A DNA stretch of 64,000 nucleotides, taken from NCBI GenBank assembly GCA_002269645.1, contig NIVC01002734.1, forward strand, positions 62,001-126,000, written 5' to 3'. Made by a program: the position numbers and the translations under genes. This DNA comes from Macrostomum lignano. Lineage: Eukaryota. Shown piece by piece: positions 10,790 through 24,040 of this stretch. The stretch's first letter is position 1. The number at the start of each line of letters is the position of its first letter. The notes beneath the pieces are model-generated. The model searched no databases, was not told where the DNA came from, and saw only the letters and a list, made by a program, of their open reading frames with translations.

Positions 10790-12811
10790 TCAGCACTCTA
10801 AACTCCAGAGTTCATTAAAGTCTTCCTCAGCCTCGCCTGCAGACATTAATTTAGCGCATTCAAGCCAGCGGTTTTTATCGGGCGCAGAATTTGCTCGCCA
10901 ATTATCCAGTCGCTTACGCAATCGTTTTAACATTTTGTTATTAGCTGGCGATAGAAGAGGCAACCGCTCAACTTGGCGGGACTTGTCAATAGTTGTATTA
11001 TTTAAACAATCAACAATATAAGTTAGACGATAGGATGTTAACTGAAGCAGACGGTTGCAGAATGGAATTGCATGATTAGTTGCCATGGCAACAAAACTAG
11101 CCAGATTGGCGCGCTGACGTGAACGCAACTGACGATCTGAACGCAAGTCTGCTAATCTTATCAGACCGAATCGATTCATAGATTCAAGAGATTCTTTAGC
11201 TGCAACTACAAGTCCATTCAAATATGATAACCAGTTAACAAAACATGGCTGATTAGTTAACTCCCAGATGGATGACAGTTTGCATTGGACAACAATAGTA
11301 TTAGCACTGCATTTGGGTAGTTCGTGTGCATCTTCAGGAAAATGTTCAATTGACAGTTTGTTTATCTCATTAACAGTCTGTGCCAACTCAGTTAGAGTCC
11401 TCCATGTTATATCGATTAATTCAGCCAGGTATACCGCTGGATGACACACAGACGAGTGCCTATCAGAAGTGAAAAAATCAATAAATCTTTCTATGAGCCG
11501 CCGATCTTCTAGGCGAACGAAAGCATCAATGGGTACGGCTGAAGTAGAGAACATCAGTATGCTATGCAGACAAATGGTTAGGGCGATCGCCCACGATGGC
11601 CCGATAGATTCGCGACTAAATTCGCCATGGCTCAAGTGATCCCGAAATCTTGGACCGCGCTCCAACTGTATCACATCAAGCAGCCAAACAAGAAGACCTT
11701 CCGGTAGGACAGAGACTAGACAACTTCGCGAGCAAAGCATCACATCTAGAGTAGTGAAGTGAGCGCTGTTTAAAGCGCAAAGCTCTCGGTCAGGCAAATT
11801 ATTGGCATTGCAGTACAGAACACGAAGTACAGCTTCTATTGACACCAAAGTGAAACAACATGCATCATAGTATCGCTCCTCAGTGTAGAGCTTTTCAAGA
11901 AAATTCACGATTGGCACTAATTGACAACTAGCCAAGTTAGAATGCTGAGTGTTAGATACCAAATTTCTCAAACTATTTTTTAGAAGTAGCAATATATCCA
12001 ACCATGCAGCTCTGTCAAGACAAGAAATATGTAGTCCATTCAGCAAACAATTTAATGGCTTAGTATTTGGCTCAATAAAACCAAAATACTCTGATTGACA
12101 GAGTGCATCAAATAGAAGCCGGTTGCTATGGCACAAGTGCCGACCAATAAGTGTCAAAGTTGCGCAGAGGGCACATAAGCTGGACATTACATACTTCGGC
12201 AGAGAGAGCAGGAATCCATGCCAAGCCAGATTGCGCAGGTTCAATGAGACTGGCGGACCAACTAGAAGACTTAGTAACCGAACTAAATCAGAGCCAATAG
12301 CTTCATTTAATGCAGGATGCGCTAAGATGTCCTTGAGCATTGATGGACAAGTTCGGGAACAGCTACTAGCTCGTAGCAGACGTCTAAGGCTGATTTCAAC
12401 GAGTTGAGAGGCTGACAATAAGTAAAGAGCTAAACTAGCTTCATCACACCGATCTGGATTTGAGCTGATAGAGTAGTGCAAGTGTTTGATGACGTCAGCA
12501 AATAATTCGAGATTAGTGTGCATCCATTCGCAGTGCAGCAAACATTCCTGCATTATAGTTAATAAATTGGACTTAACAAAGAAATTTAGAATCCATTTAA
12601 AGTGTGGTGCCACTCTTTGACAGCAAGACTTATAATATTGATAAGTGTTACCAGGTGACATTACTTTTGCTTGTTCACTTAGAATATTGCAAACGTTTGT
12701 TGACCAATGTGAAAAATCTGAGCAATCTGTATCCATTTCAAGTGTTGCTAGATTTTGATTCACATCTAAGCTCTCAAATAGTTGGACTATTTCAGCTGAT
12801 AGGAAAGACAT
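10790..12811 (-). CDS. ERMARD: ERMARD/C6orf70-like (DUF4209) protein, 673 aa, intronless, two HEPN-like RxxxxH motifs
   Basis: Long unique ORF. The motifs LLSLLVGPPVSLNLRNLAWHGF and GPRFRDHLSHGE match the C6orf70 family as I recall it, as does the segment 'CPSMLKDIL'. Confidence 0.85.
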   Translation of the reverse strand: MSFLSAEIVQLFESLDVNQNLATLEMDTDCSDFSHWSTNVCNILSEQAKVMSPGNTYQYYKSCCQRVAPHFKWILNFFVKSNLLTIMQECLLHCEWMHTNLELFADVIKHLHYSISSNPDRCDEASLALYLLSASQLVEISLRRLLRASSCSRTCPSMLKDILAHPALNEAIGSDLVRLLSLLVGPPVSLNLRNLAWHGFLLSLPKYVMSSLCALCATLTLIGRHLCHSNRLLFDALCQSEYFGFIEPNTKPLNCLLNGLHISCLDRAAWLDILLLLKNSLRNLVSNTQHSNLASCQLVPIVNFLEKLYTEERYYDACCFTLVSIEAVLRVLYCNANNLPDRELCALNSAHFTTLDVMLCSRSCLVSVLPEGLLVWLLDVIQLERGPRFRDHLSHGEFSRESIGPSWAIALTICLHSILMFSTSAVPIDAFVRLEDRRLIERFIDFFTSDRHSSVCHPAVYLAELIDITWRTLTELAQTVNEINKLSIEHFPEDAHELPKCSANTIVVQCKLSSIWELTNQPCFVNWLSYLNGLVVAAKESLESMNRFGLIRLADLRSDRQLRSRQRANLASFVAMATNHAIPFCNRLLQLTSYRLTYIVDCLNNTTIDKSRQVERLPLLSPANNKMLKRLRKRLDNWRANSAPDKNRWLECAKLMSAGEAEEDFNELWSLEC

Positions 12812-14537
12812 TTTACATTATAGTGGCCCAGAGCTGCACAAGATAACCTCCAGAATAAAATAGCAAACTTCTGAAGACAAAATGGAATAAATATAGTGTT
12901 GGTATGTTTTTATTAGGTGTTTAAATCTATATCAAATAAATTAGCACTTAAAATGATTAAATTGATATATGATTGCTTTAAATATTATTTCATTACAAGG
13001 ACTGTTTGAAGTTCTTATAAATTACTAATGTAATTCTAAGTTTAATAATAAATTAACTATATATTTTAAAAAAGGCCTAGCCCAATAACTATAAAAGCAA
13101 TATAGGGCACAATGTAGAACATTATCTTAAAAAATTATAACATTTTTATTAATTTTATAGTTAAGTCCATAATTTTGAACATATTCTATGTATACAAATA
13201 TTCTATAGGAAAGGGGAGGGGACATAGACCAAGTGGGAAAAAGTATAAAAGGGGCAGAAAATATAGACTAGAAAGCAGTATAAACTAGGAAGTAGAAAGT
13301 ATAAACCATAAATCGGCATAATTTTACTGTTTAAGTTTTTTTGGTAGCACTTTAAAAGAGTTTAGAATTCCTAAACAGAAAACATATGTCTAAATCTATA
13401 TATCTATTGTTTAAATCAATAAAATTTTGTTCAAAAAGAATTCTAGGTTTTTTTGTCCATAACTTGGGTGCAATTTTGCACCCTGTGCTAGATTTTAGGG
13501 TGCAATTTTCAAGACCAGGATGCTATTTGCACCCATTTGCACAAAAAACCCAGGCTATCTACCATTCAGTATTCAATTCATTAGGTTCTGCTTACCAAAA
13601 TTTAATCGACCGTTGATAATTCCTTAAATTACATTAATTAAGGATTCAAAAAATTACTGGCTAATTCTAAGAATACAAAGTTATGGACTTAAGACATCCA
13701 TAACACAAAATTGTGAAATCCGCATCACATCCTTTGCAAAAAATTCTGGTGCGCTTTTCGCACCTTGAGTCAAATTTCAGGGTGCAATTTTTAAGACCAG
13801 GATACTATTTGCACCCATTTGCACAAAAAACCTACAAAATAGATAGATTTGAATAACAAATCATAACTAAAGATGACTATTAGATCTAAAACTATGACTT
13901 TGAATGTAAGCAAGATCCATTAAATGGCAATGCTCTAGGGAAGGCGCCTCTGCAAGTTCAAGCAAGCAAAGTCAACTAACAAGATCTTGGGTTATTTCTT
14001 CTAGGACATTAGGTTATCCTATTTGCTAGGTATCTGCCTATAGGACATACTGTCACATGTGTCTAGTATGCTAAACAGCTAGATAGGCTTTGTTAAGCAG
14101 ATGTCTAGAAAAGATAGGAGAAGCTGAGTGCTAGTTTGTTATTACCCTATTGGAATAAATGGACAAAAGACTTGACTGTCTATTGCAATTTCAGAATTTT
14201 CTAATGTCACATTGCAATTGGAGTCAAGGCAGGTGATTTTGCAGCGCAATGCAGCTTTGGGTAAATAGCAAGAGTAACTATGACTGTCTTTTTAATGCTA
14301 AATGCCTCATCATCTAATAAGTACTCTGCCTATATTTGGTAGGAAAGTTAATATGTTCTGTGTTGTGTCACATTTTTGAGCTACAATTTTACAATGGTTT
14401 TCTATACTTATTCTAATAGGGTGCTATTGCTTTGACAATGCCCCAGCACTTAAACTACCAAGGTTGCAATGAATGCTAATACTATTCTATAGTTTGAAAG
14501 GCGACATGTATGACAGGATTTCCTAGTGTACAACAAG

Positions 14538-14831
14538 CATACATGCGCAACAGTCGGCCAAGTCAGCCAATCTGGCCAATTTGGCGGCCAACCAAGGAAG
14601 TCGCAAAAATGGCCACCCAAAAAACGCTAAAGTAGTAGTACTAAATAGCTGATAAGGCATTTCGGCTTAATAAGACAGTCATAGTTACTCATGTTGTTTA
14701 CCCAAAGTTGCATTAATTTTGCTTTAGGGTTTTTTTTACATGTAAGTTGCATTTTTGGCCAAAAACCATGTCACATTTTTGTTAAAACTAAGTCGCATGG
14801 CCGACCAAATTTTGGAGGTTGAGCATGTATG
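14538..14831. mobile_element. hAT-type MITE, 294 bp
   Basis: TIR CATACATGC(G/T)CAAC; perfect 8-bp TSD ACAACAAG (14530-14537 and 14832-14839). Confidence 0.85.
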
Positions 14832-15346
14832 ACAACAAGGGTCTTATCATTTTTCAGTGTACATTAAAGTATATCTCGGCATATATGACACAGCAGATAC
14901 ATTATGCCAAATAACAATTTTTTTGCATTGGCGCACAAACCTGGCATACAAACGAGGTCTTATTATTTTTGGCATTAAAGCCACTGTACACTAATACATG
15001 ATCTGAACTATGGATACTACTGTGGGGTTTGAAATCTTCATCTAGCTTATTTACCAGATTTATCCAATTTTTATCTATTCTATTAGCTTAAGTGGCCATT
15101 CTATAGGCACTACTTTGAATCCAACAGAGGTCATTAGCCTTGCTAACTAATGGCTAGAAGACCAACTGGCCAAGTTCTGCACTAGTAATATCTAGGCATT
15201 GTATAAATAATTTGCAAAAGTACATTGATTGCCAGGGAGACTATGTTGAAAAAATGCAACATTATTCAAAGATTTCAACTCTAGTTATATAAAACAAAAA
15301 ACTTTTCAAAAATCATCATGTATATAAATAACGCAAGGGTTCAGAT

Positions 15347-15802
15347 CAATGTTTCCACTTAGCAACTTTCATTTTTTGTACCAAGCTATTCATTTTCATG
15401 CCATGGATATTTTTTGCGCCATGATCCCTCTTTACCCCTAAGACTCTAATGCAGTGTGATGCCTATTGAGATTTTTATTTAAACTCGAATACCTAACATC
15501 CAGGGACCTCAATCATAAATCATCCAATTTTGGATAAGATAAAACACTACAACTTGGCAAAAATGGGTCAAAAAATGGCAACAACAGCATGGGCATCAGA
15601 CTATTAATTTTTCTAAATCAATACTGCAATTATAAAACATAATAGTTTCTAAAAAAGCATCCAAAAATGTGAAAAAGGGTTATAATTTAGGCATGAATTT
15701 TCCACATTTTCAGATTTGCACCAAACCTTATTAATTGCGCATTTGTGTCATATTGCCTCATTTTTGGGCATGATACAAATTTGTACCAGAGTGGGAACAC
15801 TG
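15347..15802. mobile_element. hAT-type MITE, 456 bp
   Basis: TIR CA(A/G)TGTT(T/C)CCACT; 8-bp TSD GTTCAGAT/GTTTAGAT (7 of 8 match). Confidence 0.75.
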
Positions 15803-15945
15803 GTTTAGATCTCATTGCATGATAGTAAGATCTTTTATATATAAGGATATTTAAATCATTAAAATAGCATTTTTAGAATATAAGTTAAGGTTAAAGTTTT
15901 AAAACCTTTTTTTAAGTATTTAATATAAAGCATATAGGTAGGGCC

Positions 15946-17083
15946 TAGTGTTCCGCCGCCGCGAGTTTTGACCTCCGTAACCGTAACCGTAGCCGTAAGA
16001 AAGAAGCAACTTCCGTAGCCGAATTTTGCCGTCATTACAGGCTAAAAAAGTCCGTAACCGTAATTTGCCGTAACCGTAGCCGTAATGTATAACAAAAATT
16101 GATATTTTTGCATGAAAAGTAGGGCAGACAGAAAAGGACAGATAAAAAGGATAAAAGGATAGCAATAAAACCTACTTGTTGTTCGTTCATGCATTAATAT
16201 TCATTTATTTTTTCGTAAATATAATATCTTTATCGAAGTATTCTATAGCATTGCTGTATGCAATTGTGTGCTTGGTGCCTTTTTCAGTTTTCTGTGTCGT
16301 GATTCTATTTTGTTTCGCTACAATATGAATATATGACTGACGTGCCAAGGTCAATGTGTATGTTTAATATCATTAAATAAATATATGAATTTGTTCAAAT
16401 AAAACTGCTTCAAAATTTCCGATGACTAAGAAATTGCATGTTACATTTTTCATTTTCATTTTATTGCATTGTCTATTGTATTGTCTTCTTTGGTTTCAAT
16501 CAATTTTCAATCATAATTCATATTCTTATCCTATTAGTATTTATTTAGTATTTCCTTATTAATATTCTTTCATCCTTATCCTCATAATCTAAATCTAATA
16601 TCCTATTTTTATGCTAAGGAGCTAAATGCTACATATGGCTAAGAAATAAGAATGCCAGATTCTTAGTCTCTTGTAGGCTTTGACTGGCTCTCTCTGTCTC
16701 GCTGCTATCATGCTATCGCTATGCTATGCTATGCCGTATGCCTAATGAGAAAATTCGTGAAAAAATTCGTTTTTCATTTTCAAGAAGTTTCGTAGATATT
16801 TAGAAACTTAACAAATGTAAAAAATAATAATAACTAGTAAAACAAAATGAAAACTGGTTGAAGTTGATATAAAGAAATTCTTTTATAAAACTAAACAGTT
16901 AAAAATAAATAATTTTTGTTACGGCTACCAATTACGGCAAGTCTAGAAAAATCTCCGTAATCCGTAACCGTAACCGTAAGCTCAAAATATGTCCGTAACC
17001 GTAATCCGTAATGAAAATACGGCTTCAAAAGTGTCGTAGCCGTAATTTGCCGTAGCCGTAGCCGTAATTACGGCGGAACACTA
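15946..17083. mobile_element. Non-autonomous hAT element, 1138 bp, with subterminal (CCGTAA/CCGTAG)n repeats
   Basis: 13-bp perfect TIR TAGTGTTCCGCCG; perfect 8-bp TSD GTAGGGCC (15938-15945 and 17084-17091). Confidence 0.92.
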
Positions 17084-18648
17084 GTAGGGCCTATAAAATA
17101 TTCATATATGTTTTAAGCATATAGGTGCAATAGGCTTTGTTTTTTAGTAAACACATTTTTATATTTCTAAGAAACTTATAAAATTTGAAAGCTATAACTT
17201 TGTTATGTTGAATGAATATTGGAAATATTTGGCATATTTAGTATATTTTTATACAATGATTTGTTTAAAACAGTAATGAAATTTTTACTATAAATAGGGG
17301 CCATCTGAGGGCCTAGCCAAAATAAAGTGGTGTGTGTCTGTATGTTTCTTGCCTTCAAGCTCAAGCTTTGATTGTGCTAACCTGCTTATTTTGCATAAAA
17401 TTTATCAGCCTTGGGCTTATAATCACTTGTGTTACTTATTTTGAGTAGTAGATAATGACTTAGAAATAACCCTAGAATTGGGAGGATTCAGCCCATTCTT
17501 AGAAGAATGAGATATCCAGATCAGAATCTGAGAAATCGCCTTTAAAAGGTAGAAATCCTATTTGAAGGTAGAGAGATCTTGACACAGAGTCTGAGAAACC
17601 CACCTCAGGGCAGAACACCCAGCAAAAAAGCTGTGACCCTCTGATCCCAGTAATAGTAATACCCAGACTGAAAGAAACCTTCCTAGAGGAAAGAACTAAA
17701 AATATATAGAATAGAATTAGAAAAATAGTGCCATTAGACCATTCAGGCTAAAATTATATATGCTACTAGTAAAAGTACATACACTACTAGTAAAAGGATA
17801 TATGCTACCAGTAAGTATACAAGTACAGGTATCAGGTAATAACCAATAAAATCTAGTAAGAAATAACCCTAGTACAAATTTAGTAACAATAGGATAGAGT
17901 AAACCCTGTTACAACTTGGTGGCAGCAAGTAAGATTAAACAGTAAAGGAAATAGAGTCCTTCTACAACTTTGGTGGCTAATTAGTGGGATTTAGTATCAT
18001 ACAAGAAAAATACTAGCATAACTTTAGTAGCAACAGTAGGATAATTACAGTGAGAACAAGCAGCCCTAATACATAGGTATCTAACAAACTTGTAAAATGA
18101 GTAAATTTTAGTAGTAGGCCTAACTAGAAATCTAGTTCCCCTTTATAAAGTGGCCAATAAGCAAAGGATAAAAATAATTTATAAAAGTCCTATTTGCCTT
18201 GACATCTTAATAATTTTACCTAAGCTTTAAAATCTATGCAATTCTCTCCCAAGGCCAAGCCTTAAAATCTTAGCAATGCCTTCCAAGCCCTGCTATCTTA
18301 ACAATTTTTCTTATAAGCATGAAAATAACTTTGGCTAATTGTTTTTAAAGACATTAAAATATATGCATGATGATTTACTTAACCTTATCCCTTAGTCAGC
18401 CACCATATAATCCAGTTTGCAACAATCCTATAATTTTGCTTTCTAATATAGAGACACCCTATTTTAATTATAAACATTTTAACTTTGTCATTGGTTTTAA
18501 TATTGATAAAAACTAATTGGCCAAAGTTATATATATATATCTATAATAAGTCTTAATATATTAGCAGTTAGCAATTGCAATTCTCTTAATAAGCCTTGAA
18601 ATCTTAACAATTTCCCAAATAAGCCTTGGCATTTGACATATTTAAATG

Positions 18649-19301
18649 GGTACTAGTCGTTTCAGTGACAAGACATTTCGGTGACAGACAAATAGTCGTT
18701 TCAGTCACAAGTTGCTATTGTGATAGACACACTTTATTTTAAATGAAAAATCTAAGATTTCATGAGTATTGTCATTTTAGTGATAAGAGACATTTCATAA
18801 TATTCAGTTGTAGTTATTTTGTTAAGATTTATGTTTCATAATATATTTAAATTTTCATTAAAAGAATATATTAAAGAAAAGAAATCAAACCAATTATATT
18901 GTTTTCTTCCTATGCAGATCATTTTGAATTGTTCCAGAGTATTCAGACACATAAACCATAAACCTATAGAGAATCCTCATGAAATGCAGACCACGAGAAA
19001 TGCGGAGATATTCACTCGTCGACGCTTTTGCATGTTTAAATTGGAAAACATAATTCAAAAGACTGGCACAACTCTATAATTGTAAATAAACAAAATTAAA
19101 TATAGAAATAGGCCCTACTTAATTGTTTAAAAAATTATTAAATTTTAGGCTCAATATCCCTTAAGATTTTCGAAGTAATTTTCTGTTTAAAAACAGAATG
19201 GCTATAACTAAAATTGTATTTTTCTTGTCACTGAAATGACTTTTGCTTGTCACCAAAAGGACTGTCACCAAAACGTCTTGTCACCGAAATGACTGTAATC
19301 C
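18649..19301. mobile_element. Non-autonomous Mutator-like (MULE) element, 653 bp
   Basis: GG...CC termini with imperfect TIRs built of GTGACAAGAC/TTTC(A/G)GTGACA repeats; perfect 9-bp TSD ATTTAAATG (18640-18648 and 19302-19310). Confidence 0.85.
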
Positions 19302-20699
19302 ATTTAAATGATGCAACTTTTATGTTTAACATATAATAAAAGCTTTTAATAAAAAGTGCATGCTATAAAGATTTGAATCGGCTACAGGTCAAAAGGGCGA
19401 CAGATCAAAAGGGCGACAGATAAAAGCATCAGTGTCACAAACACGTAGCAGAATAGGACACGTTTTTTTCGGCTTCAGAAGCGGTCAATACATGTTTTGT
19501 GTACGAAAATGTATTAGTAAGATGTATCACCCGTGACACAACGTAAGGCTCAAAAATACCTCTTCACAAGAGCCTTAACCTTTTTTTTAGCCTTTTCCTT
19601 GAGAGCATTTTCCTTAAAGGCAGATAATACCCGTCGATAGGTATTTGTACCCATATTTTTATGCATTTTAAGGCTTCCGTGTACTCGCGTGTAGAAGTTG
19701 TCACGGGTGATGTTGGTAAACTGTATAATTCAAATTCCATTCTAGCTAGCTATTAAAATAATTAGCCTGCGTCAGGATTAGCAAAAATTTAAAGGGCTAG
19801 TGACCAATGTAGCTAGTTCTAGTCTAGGAAGTTGCGCATCTTACCTAGCTATCTTATTCTTGGTCTAATCGGCTAGGCCTATGATATGCTGTTCGACCTA
19901 AATATTAAATTTTACTACTATTGCCATTTTGTTACAGATTTATTTAGGACCTACTGTTCTACCAATGTCAATGGCAATAGATTAAATTTAAAACTACCTA
20001 GGCAGCTAGGCCTAGTAATTTTGCATTTAGTAATACAAAGCCTACTGTTTCACTGATTATTTTCTTCTATTGACTAGTAGCCCTAAATCTAAAATATTTT
20101 CTTTTCTTTTGTGTTATAAGGCCTAGCCTTTACCTTTATGTTATATTATTAAAATGTTCTTTTGACTTAATAATAGTATTAATAAGCATCTTTTTTCTTT
20201 CTTGGATGTAAAGTTAATTTGGTCCTTCTTTGATTTAATTTAATTAGCTTATATTTTATACAATTTACTAAGGCTATAGGAATGGAAGTATTATAATATT
20301 TATATTAATTTTTTCTAACAAATATTATAAATTCTGTTTTATAAGCATCAAAAATGGAAATATAAAACAAGATAATATAGAGCACATTCTATATTGAAAT
20401 ATTATGCACATTTTTAAATATTTTGATAAATAAGATTTCTCCACAAAATTAAAAATATTTTAGAAATTAGATTATAAACTTAAAGCCATAAACCATAGAC
20501 TAGCAACTAGTTATTTACTACCATTATAAAGTAAGTCATGATATCTATCTAGTAGTCATGACCTTTTCTTCCTCTCTAACCTCTATCTATATCCTGTTCT
20601 TCTTTCTAGACCTATTTTCTTTTTGAAAAATTTACCTCCTCTTCCTTCCAATATTACTCCTTTCTTTATTTTAGCCCCATCATGTCTTCCCCTTGAATC

Positions 20700-22330
20700 C
20701 TTATTCTCTCCTCTTCACTACCTACCTTCTCTTTTCTAGTTCTTACTTTCCTCATTTCTAGCCCTTACTCTCTTCTCCTCTCCAGCCTAACCCTCCTAGC
20801 CTCACCTCTTCCTCCAGCCCCACCTAAACCTCTTTGAACCTCTAGCCCCATCTTTTTTTCTTTCCAGCCCTATCCTCCTCCACTCTAGTCTCATCCTACC
20901 TTCCAGTCTTATCCTTCTTTCTAGCCTCACCCTCCTCCCTTTCAAGCCCTACCCTCCTTCCCTGCACCACCACCCTCCTTCTCTCCAGCCCTACCCTCCC
21001 TCCCTGCAACACTACCCTCCTTCCCTCCAGCCCTATCCTCCCTCCCTGCTACCCTGCTTTCCTTCTAGCCCTACCTTTTCCCCTACTACCCCGCATTCCC
21101 CTCCAGCTTCCATCTTCTATCCTCTAGCCCAACCCTTCAGCCCTATCCTTCCCTCTAACCCTACCCCCTTTCCCTCCAGCCCTACCCTCCTTCTCTGCAG
21201 CACCACCCTCCTACCCTCTAGCCCCACCCTCCTTCCCTCTAGCCCACCCTCCTTCCCTCTAGCCCACCCTCCTTCCCTCTAGCCCTACCCTCCTTTCCTC
21301 CAGCCCCACTCTCCTTCCCTCCAGCCCCACTCTCCTTCCCTCCAGCCCCACCCTCCTTCCCTCCAGCCCGACTCTCCTTCCCTCAAGCCCTGCCCTCTTC
21401 CCCTACTGCCCCACGCTCCCCTCCAGCTTCCATCCTCTTCTACCCTCTAGCCCCACCCTCTTACCCTTCAGCCCCATCCTTCCCTCTAACCCTACCCCCT
21501 TTCCCTCCAGCCCTACCCTCCTTCCCTCCAGCCCCACTCTCCTTCCCTCTAGCCCTGCCCTCCTCCTCGACTTTCCACCCTCCCTTCCAGCTTCCACCCT
21601 CTCCTCCCTCCAGGACCCACCCTCCCTCCTTCTAGCCCTACCCTCCTTCCCTCCAGCCCCACTCGCCTTCCCTCTAGCCCACCCTCCTTCCCTCTAGCCC
21701 TACCCTCCTTCCCTCCAGCCCCACTCTCCTTCCCTCCAGCCCCACCCTCCTTCCCTCCAGCCCGACACTCCTTCCCTCCAGCCCCACTCTCCTTCCCTCA
21801 AGCCCCGCCCTCTTCCTCTACTGCCCACGCTCCCCTCCAGCTTCCATCCTCTTCCACCCTCTAGCCCCACCCTCTTACCCTTCCACCCCATCCTTCCCTC
21901 TAACCCTACCCCCTTTCCCTCCAGCCCCACTCGCCTTAGCTCCAGCCCCACCCTCCCTCCCTCTAGCCCTACCCTCCTTCCCTCCAGCCACACCCTCCTT
22001 CCCTCCAGCCCTGCTCTCCTTTCCTCTAGCCCCACTCTCCTTCCCTCCAGCCCCACTCTCCTTCCCTCCAGCCCCACCCTCCTTCCCTCCAGCCCGACTC
22101 TCCTTCCCTCAAGCCCCGCCCTCTTCCCCTACTGCCCCACGCTCCCCTCCAGCTTCCATCCTCTTCTACCCTCTAGCCCCACCCTCTTACCCTTTAGCCC
22201 CATCCTTCCTTCCAGCACCACCGCCTTCTTTCCCCAACCCCAACCTCTCCTCCCCTCGAGTGCTCAGCCTCTCCTCCCCTCAAGTGCTCAGCCTCTCCTC
22301 CCCTCCAGCCTCACCCTCTCCTCCCCCAGC
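20700..22330. repeat. C-rich degenerate minisatellite (CCCTCCAGCCCCACCCTCCTT-like) in FB1 left arm; G-rich mirror at ~29400-30800
   Basis: Visible strand-skewed array and its reverse complement. Confidence 0.93.
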
Positions 22331-22544
22331 ATGAACATCTTCGCCCCTACTGGCCCACCCTTCGCCCCTGCAGTCCCCACCCTATTCTCCTTTTCAGCCT
22401 CACCCTTTTTTCGTAGCTTTGTTAATTAAATTTAATTATCCGTTTTAGAAGTAAAAACGAATATTTCTCCTTCCTCTCTTCTGAATCTCCTCGATGGGGA
22501 GAAAAAGATAAGGCCAAGGCAAAACCTAACAATAGCAAACCAAG

Positions 22545-23070
22545 CAATGGAGACAATGCTACGGAGGGCCCTGCCAACAGGATGAGTACGGCTTTCTACT
22601 TCCTACCGAACAAACAGCCGCCAATCGGAGAAGCGGCTGTCACTCCTGGGTTACGCCGACGACCTGGCGCTGCCCGCCTCTACGGCTGAGGGAGCCCCAG
22701 CGCATGCTAGACAGCCTGGTGGCAGCTGCGGCATCGGTCGGGCATCAACACCGAGAAGACGAGGTGATGACTGTACCCGCGGAGCTGCCTATCAAAATCA
22801 CCTGCTGGGACGCCCGACGGTTGTGCAGCAGCTCTACCTCGTTGCACCCTCGCTGCGACTACCCAGCGAGACCTTCCGCAGGCGAAGACTTCAGCTGGTG
22901 GGCCACACCATCCGCGTGGAGGCCTACTGTTCTCAACCATTGAACCAGTGCAGGACGTCCTGCTGCTCACGATGCAGGGCCCCTGGCGCCGGGATTACGG
23001 CCGGGCGGGTCGCTACGCGGATTGCCTGCTGGATGACGCTGGGTGATCGGCCAGGCGCACGCTGTTGTCG
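22545..23070 (+). pseudogene. Decayed RTE-like LINE reverse-transcriptase fragment in FB1 arm; mirror copy at ~28730-29235 (-)
   Basis: Translates to ...EKRLSLLGYADDLAL...MLDSLVAAAASVG..., similar to the RT at 49996-51303 (KKLSVLGYADDLALL...LLDSLTAAAARVG); frameshifted. Confidence 0.85.
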
Positions 23071-24040
23071 CTTTCAGAGAGTTAGCACTGAAAGAACTGA
23101 TCTGACACTGCCTCCCATTGTGAACTGTTACTCTTAACTCAACCTTGCCTTGTTGTTTTCTCTTCAGAATAATTTGCCCAGCTGCAAACTGTGATGGTGC
23201 ATATCTCGTACTCGCGATTAAAAAATCTTATACTTCTTACTGTTTCACTGATTTAATTCCGAACCAACCAGGAAAACAAATTTATTTTTAATTCCGTGCA
23301 TTTTTCTTGTGCTTTACTTTTACTGATCGGTGTTAGTGCTATTTATTGTGTGTAATATTATCGAAAAATTCAATTTCCGATGTCATTATTTAGGAACTTC
23401 CGCTGTGCTGTATTAAAACTATATAGTACTTCCGCATGCACTGACGTAGCATTGCGCCAATAATTTTACATTGCGTGACGCAGGCGCCTAAACCAATCTT
23501 TTGTTGAATGCTACTAGCATAATAATCCTTTGAAATACATTGTATTGCTATACTGCATTGCTTTTGATGATCTAAACGAGACTAGCTAGACTCCTCACTG
23601 ATCCATACGAGTATGCTCCTCAGTCCTCAAGCGAACTACGAGTATATGGAAACGAGAGCAGATTGAGCTAGCAGCAAACTTAGTATTTGATCTTCGGATC
23701 ACGGATAGAATCAAGGAAATGTAGATCTGGCACTTACACAAAAGTCCTTGATTTAATGGAATACAGCAATTTTCAATCTGTCACTTTTTCAACTTCAACT
23801 TTTTAAAATTTGGATTGGCGCAAGTCTCCTTTACATCGTCAAAAGCAATACTGGTTCCAATCCAAGAGAATGATTTGTTGATAACTGTATTTCACTCTTT
23901 GAGCTGAACGCTGTGTTTGACCATTATTTTGTTGGTGTACAGCGTGCAACAGATCGCATGAATTGGTAAATTTCCTTTCATGCGTTCCTTTCATCCTATA
24001 ATTCTGGTAGGGGGCGCTGCTGTTGCAAAGAGCGGCGGTG

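Noticed and set aside
13467-13830. ~80-bp direct repeat GGGTGCAATTTT...GCACAAAAAACC
   Set aside because: An ordinary local duplication or TE fragment with no termini or TSD identified.
5900-19540. Shared 11-mer GTATCACCCGT between the 42-bp array and the FB1 terminal region
   Set aside because: The match is short with no extended similarity and is plausibly chance.
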